The notes under the pieces: model-generated
Seen by the model: the letters and a program-made list of their open reading frames with translations, nothing else
Told to the model about the DNA's origin: nothing
Databases searched by the model: none
Shown: piece by piece, positions 52,112-64,000 of the stretch
Numbering within the stretch: the stretch's first letter is position 1
Layout of the letters: each line of letters begins with the position of its first letter
NCBI GenBank assembly: GCA_951406725.2
Contig: OX597822.1
Span: 6,820,001-6,884,000 of the forward strand
Length of the DNA: 64,000 nucleotides
DNA from: Octopus vulgaris
Lineage: Eukaryota
Reading direction: 5' to 3'
Made by a program: the position numbers and the translations under genes

Positions 52112-55100
52112 TGTGTGTGTGTGTGTGTGTATGCCCACAGATCGAACATATTCTTTATTTGTACTGTTTTTTCTTCATTTGTATTGCTTTTACGTCCTGT
52201 TCTTGTCACTTGTTTTTACACCTCTGCAAAATAATGTTATTTAATTCCTTTTGCAGGAAGGACTATTTCTTCTGGTCGTGTTCTGCCCTTACCTTCGAAA
52301 CACGCATTGAGTCGAACCAGGGGCAGCTGATGAAGGAGAATTTTCCTTGTATTGTTTGTCCTGTACTCTGTTTTTTCGTTGTTAAAAAAAGGTCGTTTCC
52401 TTGTTTGATGTTATGTTTTCGTCTCTCGTTGTGTTCTACGTCCTGTACTCATATATGCATGTATATATACATATAGATATATAATCGAAAATTTAACTTA
52501 CGGATAGAAACATGTGTGATGAAGCTCTCGCACAATCGTTCCCTTGAGATATTATACCTTTCATTTAAGTGCACTTCGAGCATGTTACACAATCAGAATA
52601 AGTCAGATGTTTGGAAATATTCTACACTCTTTTGCCATGTATACCTTAATACAAGCTCTAGTGAAACTATGGTGCCTTATCTACAAAATCTGTTCTGAGT
52701 AAATAAATACTGGACTTACGCCCGTGAAGAACAGCATTATGATATTTTGATAATATTAAAATCCGCTGAGGTGACCATCGATCCTGTAAATAGTTATTAT
52801 GAAAAACCGAAGCAAATAACGTAATATATTTTCAAATATTTTCTCTTAAATAATGCGTTGGAGGGGAAGCCCAATTTCGATTGGCTGGGAAAGTAAATCT
52901 TTTCACTTCTGAAATTACATCTGCATTTGTATGACGATGTAAGTGGAATACAGCTGAGGTATTTCGGTGATTGCCACGCTGGAACTGATGGAATTGGTAT
53001 TAATGCAGGACTGGTGATGGAATAATCAACTGAGACAAAATATGGAAGGAAATACTGTCCTATTTTTGTTGATCTCAGAAAATACAGAAATGCAACAAGA
53101 AAAATGGTTAGCAATTCCATTACACTTCAAAATGCAACACAAATATTTTTCCGAATAATGATTTACATTGCACGAAAGAAAATTAGTCAGTTGATATAAA
53201 AAAGACCAAAAGCAATAAATCTCAGAAATATTTATGTTAACACTTAAAAAGAAATATTCAGTTATTTGTTTTTATAAAACTGATAAATGCACACCGAAGA
53301 TAAATATTTTTCGTTTTGGTTTTCGAATTTAATGGTAATTTAGGAAAAGAGATTTTTAGATATTACATATAGAAATTAATTTACTCTGTATTAAAATCCG
53401 CAATGAAATGGATTGTGTTATCTAAACTTTAGATATCTCAGTGTGATTCCATGTTTTACCACTATTTTTATTTTGCCGATTCTGCTAATTTTGGGGTGGA
53501 GGAAACAGGTAGGAGAGTATCACATTCATTTGTATTTTGTCATTTTCTTAATAGTTTAAATGAGCAAAAATATAGTGATAAACATTCAGTATGCATTCCC
53601 TTCAAATTTCTGGTTTTGTGTTTGAGAATTCACAAGTTGCATATTATATTTATCCTCAATAATCAAACATATTATAATATCATGGTATCTAGGAAACGTG
53701 GTGTTTTTATCGCTCAGTTAAGGAAAATTCAGTGGTCGTACGCTTTCATTTTTGAAGAGCACCCATAAATGGAATTCCTTAGATAGCTCTGCTAAAGACA
53801 CCAGAAGACCAGGAGATAAAATTGTTGAACATGTACGATATTCCTGTAGTACTGCAGTACTGGACGGATAATTTTTAAGCGATACTAGAATAAGGAAAGA
53901 AAAAATGGACCCCTGAGGTATTTGAACCGAGAATACAGAGAGCCATGTTAAATAAGGCCTAGCAGTTAGTTCTACTCTGTGGATACTCACCCCACTGACC
54001 ACCTACATAGTTGAACGAATTTTGACAAGAAAACTACGAAGAACTTGTACATATTTGTTTGTTGTTTTTGTTAATGGTAATTAAGATGATAATGATCATT
54101 AGTGGTGATGGATGTGTTGAATGCAGAGGTGTCGAAAGTGTTAATGTTATTGGTGATGGCGTATATGTCTAGTAGTGTTAGTGATACTGAAAATGACGTT
54201 TATGATGTCGATAATAACGATAAAGATGACGACTACGACGATAAACAACGCTGAAGACAGCGGCAACAATATCAAAGAAATCAAAATACTTTCAGTCAAA
54301 AGCAGATACGAATGCTGAATCTCTGTAATTGATTCTCAGTTTCTGAGAAATGTTAAACGCCTGCGTAATCTAGGATGACATCAATAAACAACAGCGAATA
54401 ATCCAAATTATTACGGCCTAACTGCTTAAGTTCACATCAAATAATTACCAGTCCTTTGAAATGAAGATCAAGATCTTTTCGATTATTGGTCAGAGAATAA
54501 ATAATTGTTGGTGATTTAGTTTGGAAAAAGTAGTAGAAACAAAAGAAAACTATTAACCTGCACTTCAAAAGAGACTATATAGTTTAGGCAAGAATGTTTG
54601 AACGAATTCAGAGTAAACTTTGAGGGTACTAAATATAAAGATAATATTAGTTTTGCCAAAGAGGTTTTTACTGTTCGACGGATTAGAAACCCCTCAAATA
54701 AGGATTTTAACCTAAAGCGAAATTATATTTCTAATATATGCACAGAGATTAGTTGAAGCATCTTACTACTGAGCATCGCTCCTATGCAGTTTATCTCTGT
54801 AAAATAATCTAACCAATGTTTTCATATATTTTGTTAATCTCGAAGCAACTGTTTAAATAAATCTAGTGCATTCTGCTGCAATGTGCGAGTAATTTCTACA
54901 AAAGCAAAAAGTAAATGTCACTGATTTTGTTATGCAAATGTAAAGATATATTATATCAAGCTAATTTAGGCGTCAATATTGGAAATCAAGATAAGCTTTG
55001 TGACCCTCATAAAATTTGAAAGGGTATGAAAAAAAACTATGATACTCTAAAAGAATGGTGTAGTAAGAAGCGCTTTAAATCAACCACGCTCGGTTTCTTT

Positions 55101-55422
55101 TGATCTGTGAAAGCGAAAGGTTTCAATCACCACAAGGAATATCTTTGGGAATATTTAGATTGAGTCAGCAAGATAAACTGCGGTACAAAGCTGAATTTCA
55201 AAGTAAAAATCCAAGACGTGTCGTGCAGTTCCAGGTAATAACATGTATCAAAATTTAATGAGGAAAGGTCGTATGTGTTCTGAGGCTCAGTCGGTGTTCC
55301 TGATTTCAAAGTCTCTTAAAAAGCGGATCTGTTTGGCCATCACTTGAAATTCCAGAATCATCACTCTCTTTAAATCATGATGACACTTTCAGTTAGACCA
55401 CGGCCAGCGACTAGAGGATACC

Positions 55423-55655
55423 TATTTCTTTATTACCCCACAAGGGGCTAAACACAGAGAGGACAAACAAGGACAGACAAAGGGATTAAGTCGATTACAT
55501 CGACCCCAGTGCGTAACTGGTACTTAATTTATCGACCCCGAAAGGATGAAAGGCAAAGTCAACCTCGGCGGAATTTGAACTCACAACGTAACGACAAGCG
55601 AAATACCGTTAAGCATTTCGCCCGGCGTGCTAACGTTTCTGCCAGCTCTCCGCCT
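55423..55655 (-). mobile_element. SINE family C with an 11-bp TSD
   Basis: TAGAGGATACC at 55412-55422 and 55656-55666. Confidence 0.92.
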
Positions 55656-55699
55656 TAGAGGATACCGCATCTCCAAATATGTGCTGGGAGACAGACATG

Positions 55700-56425
55700 C
55701 AAACAACCGACAGGGAGGGGGATATAACTTCAACTGCTATCGCGCGGCAGAGGAGGAGATACTGATAAATGATGATGTGGAAAATACGCACGTCGCAGAA
55801 AAGTCCTCAATGGTGCCAGCAGTTCGGTGATTTCACACAAGTGTTAACACAGCAAGAAGAGACTGCTAGTTGCACCAAAAGAAGGTCATGGTGGCTGGTT
55901 GGTGGTCTGCGGACGGTCTCATCTATCGCAGCTCTTTGGATCCAGGCGAAACCATTACGGCTGAGAAATACTGTCAGCAGATGGATGAAATGGATAAGTG
56001 ACTCCGACAACAACAGCCAGCATTGGTCAATAGAAAAGGACCAACTCTTCTCCACGACATCCCTAGGCCGCACGTCACACAACTTACCTGCAGAAGTTGA
56101 ATGAGTTGGGCTACGAAACTCTACCTCATCCGTCATACTCACCAGACTTCTCGCCTATCGACTACCACTTTTTCAAGCATCTCGACGACTTCCTGCATGA
56201 GAAATGTTTCAAAAACCGAGACGATGCCAAACACGCCTTCAACGACTTCATCGCCACCACAACGCAGGATTTTTACGCTACTGTCATAAATAAATTTGTT
56301 TCGTGTTGGCAAAAGTGTGTTGATTCTGATGCTATTTTTTTCGATTAATAAAGTTTTGTCTGAGCCGAGATATGTGCATCCGAATTCAAAGGTTAAAAAC
56401 CACAAGATCTTTCTTGACAACCTAG
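55700..56425 (+). mobile_element. Cecropia-subfamily (Hsmar1-like) mariner relic, internally deleted
   Basis: VMVAGWWSADGLI...PGETITAEKYCQQMDEM...QPALVNRKGPTLLHD; NELGYETLPHPSYSPDFSPIDYHFFKHLDDFL...WQKCVD; 3' TIR ...TTGACAACCTAG followed by TA. Confidence 0.9.
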
Positions 56426-56915
56426 TATTACTAGAAATCCCAGTTTCGCAGTGATATGAACTATTGTGCATATGCTAGCATGATTTACGATGTTTCATTC
56501 ATGTACATGTATGAACAACAGAATGTAGTATCAGGGTAAATAGGTCTGAGAAAATGCATAAATGAATGCAATACAGAAATTACCTGAGTAAATATATCAG
56601 GATTTCACGCTGCAATATTTAGATTGATGACTTTATCAGTTACAGAATAATGCCACGACCATTTACGACCTACTGCAATACGCGTCCGCATCATCACAAT
56701 CAATTTCTTCTCAGACTGCGATTATAAATGTCTCGAAACGTTAATGGACTAATAGACATTGGAATAATACTGTAAGGAAATTGAAGTCAAAATTTCTGAT
56801 AAAGAATTAAGTGTATACCAAATAAATATGAACTTGAACATAATCTTCTCATTATTGAAATGTAGACGAACCAAATGCTGTTCCCTGTTTTCCTATTTAC
56901 ACTCGTGTATATGTA

Positions 56916-56947
<32 letters not shown>

Positions 56948-56952
56948 CATAC

Positions 56953-57014
<62 letters not shown>

Positions 57015-57038
57015 ATATGTGTATGTATTATATTTATT

Positions 57039-57412
57039 GGTGCAGTAGTGGCTGTATGGTACGTAGCTTGTTTACCAACCAACCACACGGTTCCGATTTC
57101 AGTCCCACTGCGTAGCAAGTGTCATCTACTATAGCCTCTAATCGACCAAACCCTTGTGAGTGGATTTGTTAGACGAAAGCTGAAAGTAGCCTCTCGTATA
57201 TGTATGCGATTGTGTGTCTGTGTTTGTGTCCCCCCCCCTGCCATCGCTTAACGAATGATGTTGGTGTGTTTACGTCACCGTGACTTAGCGGTTCAGCAAA
57301 AGACCGCGAAAAGATAACTATAAGGCGTACAAATAGAAATCGCGGCGTCGATTTGTTCGACTAAAGGTGGTGCTGCAACATGGCCGCAGTAAAATTACAG
57401 AAACAAATAAAA
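57039..57412 (+). mobile_element. SINE family B copy (diverged)
   Basis: Homologous to 6652-7097. Confidence 0.82.
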
Positions 57413-57459
57413 CAATAGATATACATATGTATGAATATAACTAAATAAATGTATTCATA

Positions 57460-57516
<57 letters not shown>

Positions 57517-57613
57517 ATATATATACGTATACACATCAGTGAATATATGCGTACTTTTGTTTTGTATGTGTATAGATATACGTGTGCATTAGTAACCATT
57601 TACTTCTGCTTAA

Positions 57614-57733
<120 letters not shown>

Positions 57734-58364
57734 TAGATATACATAGGTATATATACACATACATATATATATATGAAATTTCGTCAGTTGACACTGATCT
57801 TCATTAAATCATTTACGCCAAGGTATTGCAATCAAGACACTAACTTTCTCAATTTATACATAAAACTCACCTCTAATCTTAGTTGCTCCTCTGGTACAAA
57901 ATAGATAAACGCACTTCCTTTAAAATATTAACCGCTTTAAGAAATATTCCCTTGAGCATTGAGGGTATATCGTTGCTGTCAGATTTGATTTTATTACAGA
58001 AACATCATTAATAAGTTTCAGGTGGTTCACAAACTACTCGATTGACATTGATGTATTCCACATTAGTATACAAAAGTTAAGAAATTTAATATCCATGAAT
58101 CATATGATTTCCCTCATTAATCAATAATGCATTCGGTCTCATAGAGTCTGTTCAAGTAATAACAAGGGACGCTCATATGTTGCCGTGTCTGACCTTCGAC
58201 TTCCATTTTCATTTTCATTCTCCTGAGATGGCTACCTTGTTATACTGCATGGACGAACTGTCTCTTGGCATTGTGCAGTATTATTTCCTAGTGCATATGT
58301 GTGTGTGTGTGTGTGTGCAATTGTGTGTGTTTTTATGTGCTTATATGTCTGGATGTAAATGTGT

Positions 58365-58541
58365 AGCTTCCAGATTCGTTACTGCGACGGACAAAATGCG
58401 ATTTCTTCCGACATTATATTCTGGTCGAGTATACCTTTGATCGTTTTGGCGTCGATAAAATAAGTGCCAGTGGAGCACCGGAGTCAATGTAATCGACTTA
58501 CACCCTTGCCGCAATTGCCGGTGTTCGGCCAAGATTTGAAA
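58365..58541 (+). mobile_element. Degraded SINE family C (older subfamily)
   Basis: GTCGATAAAATAAGTGCCAG...GTCAATGTAATCGACTTA...CCAAGATTTGAAA. Confidence 0.65.
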
Positions 58542-58546
58542 ACAAG

Positions 58547-58590
58547 ACACCTGAAGAAGGCTGGAGGGTATGTCAGCCGAAACGTTGTGT
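58547..58590 (+). ncRNA. Minimal type I hammerhead motif (family E tail, which continues to about 58650)
   Basis: ACAC-CTGAAGA-a-GGCTG(gagggtatgt)CAGCC-GAAAC-GTT-GTGT; AACGTT palindrome; (TGTAAATAA)n tail. Confidence 0.75.
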
Positions 58591-58827
58591 TAACAACAAA
58601 CAAGATGAGAACAAATGTCCGTCGAATGTAAATAATGTAAATAATGTAACATAGTGGATTATTACAGGATTTACATGTGTGTTAAATTTTCTCTAACTCT
58701 TAGCAGTAAAATTCCAGTGCCGTTTGAAGTGTACTTACACACATATATATGTATAAATGTATTGCACTGGTGTATGAAAGAATTAAGACGTTGGTAGAAA
58801 TGGGTTTTCACTGGGTTTAGTGATAAT

Positions 58828-58913
<86 letters not shown>

Positions 58914-58960
58914 ATAGATGGATTTCTGTATGCATATATCTGAGCCTTTCTACCATTCTT

Positions 58961-58998
<38 letters not shown>

Positions 58999-59210
58999 TC
59001 TCTCTCTCGCTATCTCTCTTTCTCGCTTTCTCTTTCACCCTTCACTTTTTGTACATATGATTCATAATACATTTTCAGCTGATTAACAGAATATCCCGCA
59101 CCCTTATTTGGATAATCTCCAAACTCGGTAGATTTATTGAAGTAGGATGCTTGCGCATCAGATGTATATCTGCACACACATAGTAGAAGATACTAATGTA
59201 TGTATATATG

Positions 59211-59288
<78 letters not shown>

Positions 59289-59479
59289 GCGTGTTTTATT
59301 TTAAGATTTCTTGCCAATATTGAAAGAGCTGGTTTACAACATCCAGGGCTTTGTTATTAGAATTTTAACTTCAGCGTAGTATTTGTACATGTTTGTGTAT
59401 GTGTGTAGTATTTGTATTCATTGGCTTTACAGATTCGTAGGTTTCACTACATGTATTCTTATTCACATAGTTGCATGTC

Positions 59480-59830
59480 ATGCCGCACGTATCTACTTAA
59501 ATGCTATGCTTTCCAATGAACTGGCTCTTTACTGATTTTCAGAAGCCTATTTTCTCAAGATAGGTACTTAGGCGGCTATGTGTTACATATCCCAGTGCCC
59601 ACAAAATTACAGCTCTGAACCTGAGCTTGTATTCCAGATAGACTAACAATAGACCACTGAAGAGCTCAGCGCAGCTGCTTTCTTTTCCATTGACACTTAG
59701 CTTTATGTTAACACGCGCTAGACAGCTGATATCCACTATTATACACAGTTTATCTTCTCCCTCCGAAATCACTATGTCAGGCCTATTTTGTTTACATTTT
59801 ATTGAGGCTTTCCTTGGCATATTCAACCTG
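59480..59830 (-). mobile_element. Diverged RLE LINE endonuclease relic
   Basis: NRPDIVI...KLCIIVDISC...VN...KE...VILWALG. Confidence 0.7.
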
Positions 59831-59934
59831 TGCTCCTTATTATGAGTGGCTATAATATTTAATATATGGAGCTATTTATTTCTTTGGCCTCAGGTTATCC
59901 TTTCCACGAATCTCATTATACAATATCTTCGCTA

Positions 59935-60200
59935 GATATGTATGTACACGTTGTTCGAAGGGCGGATGAACGCATGCGCAAACAGCTGTTTCATGGTGAG
60001 CTTGCGGAGGGGAAACGCTATCGGCGTAAACCTAAAAAAAAAAGGTTTTACAACGGTATTAAAACTACTATGACGTCACTTGGAATGGATACAAAGGACA
60101 TAGAAACCTTTGCTTCAGATCTAGCTGGATGGCGAACAAAAGTGTGGAGTGGAATGAAAGCGTGTGAAGAGGCCAGGAAACGCATGTAAGACTCAAAAGA
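59935..60200 (+). mobile_element. RTE-clade LINE C-terminal relic
   Basis: HVVRRADERMRKQLFHGELAEGKR...KPKKKRF...ASDLAGWR. Confidence 0.78.
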
Positions 60201-61085
60201 GATGAAATTGGTTGGATGCAGTGTTCTGGTGCAGGTTTCACTAACCCGATTGGAAGAGATTTGAGGTTTTGCAACGAAGTCTCTTCTTGAACTCACTCAA
60301 AATCTCCACATATAAGCAAATGTGTGAGGGTGAAGCCCTTGCTATCAAAAAGAAAATTATGATGCACTTCCCAATGGGCAAGCTTTGCCTGGCCTTTCCT
60401 CCTCTGAGGGAAATAGGATGCTCTCTCTTGGCCTATGGATCAAAACAGTAGATTCAGATTTTGTCACAGGTAACCAAATGCTCAAGTACATTTAGATTGG
60501 AGGTAATGAGCTCAACAATCACCCTGCTGTCACCAATGCATCATCATGAATAATTCAGTGTAGAGTTGACACGCCAACCCCCAACTCTATGCCTATTGAC
60601 TTTATAGACAGACGACAACCATCATCCAGAAAATTGTAAATATTTCCAATCGTCTGTGATCTTCTGATAGCCCTTTCCTTTCCACACCTTTCATCGTCTC
60701 TCACATCCTTTCGATCATCCTGGAATATTAATCCCTCGCAGCAGCTAAAAAGAAGTGTTCGATCATGTAAGTTAATCTATGGTCAGTGTGTAGTGTTTTT
60801 GCTCTGTTTAACGCAAACTTTAGTTGCATAGCGAATTTCCATATTGTGTTCACGTTCCGACTTCAATGTGTAATCGGGTGGTGGATTACCGCTTTGTTAA
60901 AAAATGTTTTTGTAGGGTGCGTTGAAAAAGTTGTGACGGCCGTCTCATAAGTCCGGAGTGATAAAAGTTATCAAGTAAGCTTATTAGACGTATAGTAATG
61001 ACATGCTACAAAAAAAAAAAAAATCTAGGACAGTTATAACTACCTCCCTCTCATATGTACCTCATATGCTTATATACATACACAC

Positions 61086-61161
<76 letters not shown>

Positions 61162-61569
61162 CAAAATAAGCAACAAGGATATCCAGAGGTAATGCAGTAC
61201 GATGGTTTCATGCGACACCATTTTATTGAACCATGCAATCGTTTCATTACATCAATATAAAATGTTGAGCAATCTTCAGCTGCACAAAGACATAGAATTT
61301 AATTAAATTAGAAGGACACATTAGTATAAATTTACCTAAAATCTCCAAGAGGATACGGATATAGACAAAGAACATGTTTTACCAACAACAATATATATAA
61401 ATAGTTGAAATTTAGAGAAAAATAAAAGACGAAGAAAGGTGTATAAGCAACAAGCAGGCGTATCAGTTTGACGCTCGGAAAGATGTTGGGGACATGACTT
61501 GGAAGTGTATCGTAAGAATCACATGTACTCATTTAATACAGTTCTAGCGCAAACACTATTCTTTTCTGC

Positions 61570-61655
61570 TTCACTGATGATGTGGTCATTCCTTAGAAGT
61601 GAATCGTAAGATTCACGAGTAGTCTTTGAATGAACTCTAGAAACGATCGTCGGAA
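61570..61655 (+). ncRNA. Hammerhead-like motif with an extended, branched stem II
   Basis: TTCa-CTGATGA...TCATTC...GTGAATC(gtaa)GATTCAC...GAATGA...GAAAC-GATC-GTC-gGAA; ACGATCGT palindrome; GUC triplet. Confidence 0.6.
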
Positions 61656-61991
61656 TACTTAATTTCCTTTAAATATGGTACCAAAAAATCTTTTTAAACA
61701 TCTATTACTCCCTCCACTCCGTAATTTATTTCGAATTTTTAAAAGAAATGTAAGACTACATTTCATTATTCTTATCTACATTTTTGTCTATACTCTATTA
61801 TATTTGTATATCTATATATTTATTAATCCTTGCATATTTTTAACGTTCATATATATTCTTATATTTCTATATCTTTATATTCTGAACGTATTAATATACA
61901 ATTTAGACAATTCTATCACTATGAATCCGTATATGTATACACAAATCGTAGTCTGCCTGAGTTGAGCTTCTTCTCTGTATCTCTTGTACTT

Positions 61992-62027
<36 letters not shown>

Positions 62028-62809
62028 AAGTGTTACAACATAATTTGAAATATATGGTAAGCGAATTGATGAAGTGGAGGACGGAAGCTAGTTGCGTGGT
62101 TGAGTGACAGCCAGCAAGTCACATACACATATTGCAGATAGAGAGCTAAACAGATAAATAGGTATATGAACGCCTGTAATGAAAAGTCCACACCAACATA
62201 CAAAAGATGATAAATCCCACAGATGACTTAGCTTATCTTTCTCAAAATTTGCGCAAAGCAAAACGGATTTCCACGGTGAAAGTGTATTTTCGTCATAATA
62301 CACTGGAAGAGTGATCTACTCAAAAATGTCGCAAAGCGATAACAATACATTAAATGTATACATCAACTTACATTGTATTGTACTACAATGAAATCTGATG
62401 TTAGTTATTCAGTGGTATTGCCTTTTATACAAAAGAATTACAAAGGTATGAGAATCACACCTGCACTAATGACGTACGTATATATAATTACTGCATGCAC
62501 GGTCGTAATTGCGTTCGCGATGCCAATGCTCAAGTATATGTCGAAGATTATTAATATAATTAGTTTGAGATATAGAAATTATAAATAGCGTAAATAGCAT
62601 TACTTATAAAATTAAACTGGTTAATGATATTCTCAGACATATTACAGATATTCGGATGGGCATGAATATTTGAATATAACACTTATAAGAATAAAAACAA
62701 GATTCAAAGAACGCAGGCTGCTATTACAAATTAAGTCCCTTACATATGCATACTTGACGGGACAGAACGTATTATTACCAGTTTACAAGTACTCATGACT
62801 CTCAATATA

Positions 62810-62897
62810 ACTGCATACATGTGTGTATGTGTGTACGTGTGTATAATATGTATGTATGTACACGTATATCTATATATATATATATGTGTGTATATGG

Positions 62898-62967
<70 letters not shown>

Positions 62968-63013
62968 GTATACTTACTTGGAAATGGATGCCTCGCGTTC
63001 AATTAAATAATAA

Positions 63014-63097
<84 letters not shown>

Positions 63098-63205
63098 TAA
63101 GAAAGAGAGAGACAGAGAGAGATACATATATATATATATGTATGTATACATCTATATATGTATATATATATACGTGCATATATATATATATCTATGTATA
63201 TATAT

Positions 63206-63257
<52 letters not shown>

Positions 63258-63612
63258 GTATGTTTGTATGTATGTGTGTGTGCAGAGCGAGGGAGAGAGA
63301 AAGCCTGAGAGAGAGAGTAAGAGAGTATACAATACACCCCGTACAGCTTAATGTTTTGTGAGATTCAATCATAGATTGGGGAAAGTAATAACATAGCCTC
63401 CGGTTCATTCGTACAAATCAATGAAATTTAATAAATGAATATTAATTCCTAACGCTGAAACGACCCAAGGCAATCACATAATTACTTAGTAAATGAACTT
63501 CTAATATCTTTTACAAATTAAATATAATTCTGAAGAATTTTGGAACTATAGGTAATTATAAACCAAATAGCATTAATCTGCGAAGAAATATACATACATA
63601 CATATATATATA

Positions 63613-63687
<75 letters not shown>

Positions 63688-63740
63688 ATATATATATATA
63701 TGTATATTTATATATACATATATATATATATACAAAAAAC
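62810..63740. repeat. Compound TA/TG/GA microsatellite fields
   Basis: Visible at about 62810-63325 and 63590-63735. Confidence 0.9.
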
Positions 63741-64000
63741 GAACTACTTAGAAACAAAATATAAATGCGTTAAGATGTTTAGGAAAGTAATTATACTTGC
63801 TATTAAAATAACATTAATTAAAGAGTATGTATGTATTTATGCACACGCACACACAAACATACACACATGATGTAGACATTTTTTTGTGCATCCACGTGTT
63901 TATATACGCGTATTGAGCTGAATCATTTAAGCATTACTAATATGATTTGAGTTGAGAAACGATTCTGGAGTGTTTGGGAAAATAAGATTTCCTACAGTGC

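Noticed and set aside
52245-52350. CTGATGA and GAAAC motifs suggesting a hammerhead
   Set aside because: Stems cannot be paired into a consistent topology.
52797-53120. 107-aa ORF with a signal-peptide-like start and an internal acceptor-like site
   Set aside because: The hydrophobic start reflects a T-rich tract; no donor or homology.
60300-60700. Possible CRE-like RT relic (FLDDG on the minus strand)
   Set aside because: One short motif only.

Overview
AT-rich eukaryotic (metazoan) non-genic DNA. The repeat repertoire resembles an octopus/cephalopod genome; this is an inference, not a database result. I found no confidently supported host gene, and most ORF-track entries are translations of microsatellites. 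The window is a mosaic of (TA)n/(TG)n/(TAA)n/(GAT)n microsatellites and mobile elements: at least five tRNA-headed SINE families, several with clear target-site duplications (TSDs); many R4/Dong-like RLE LINE fragments sitting in (TAA)n; RTE and CR1-like LINE relics; a Ty3/Gypsy pol relic; two mariners; a Chapaev3-like relic; two non-autonomous Helitrons; and an open Penelope-like (PLE) GIY-YIG endonuclease fragment at the left edge. The most striking signal is about ten hammerhead-ribozyme (HHR)-like motifs (CUGANGA...GAAA...NUH, often with a palindromic stem III). One lies inside a Pol III tRNA-headed SINE (42366-42605). Several of these elements, and the PLE coding fragment itself, share one 5' junction architecture: an inverted copy of downstream sequence, in some cases starting at a tiny fold-back hairpin. 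This suggests a set of ribozyme-bearing non-autonomous elements mobilised by Penelope RT/endonuclease.
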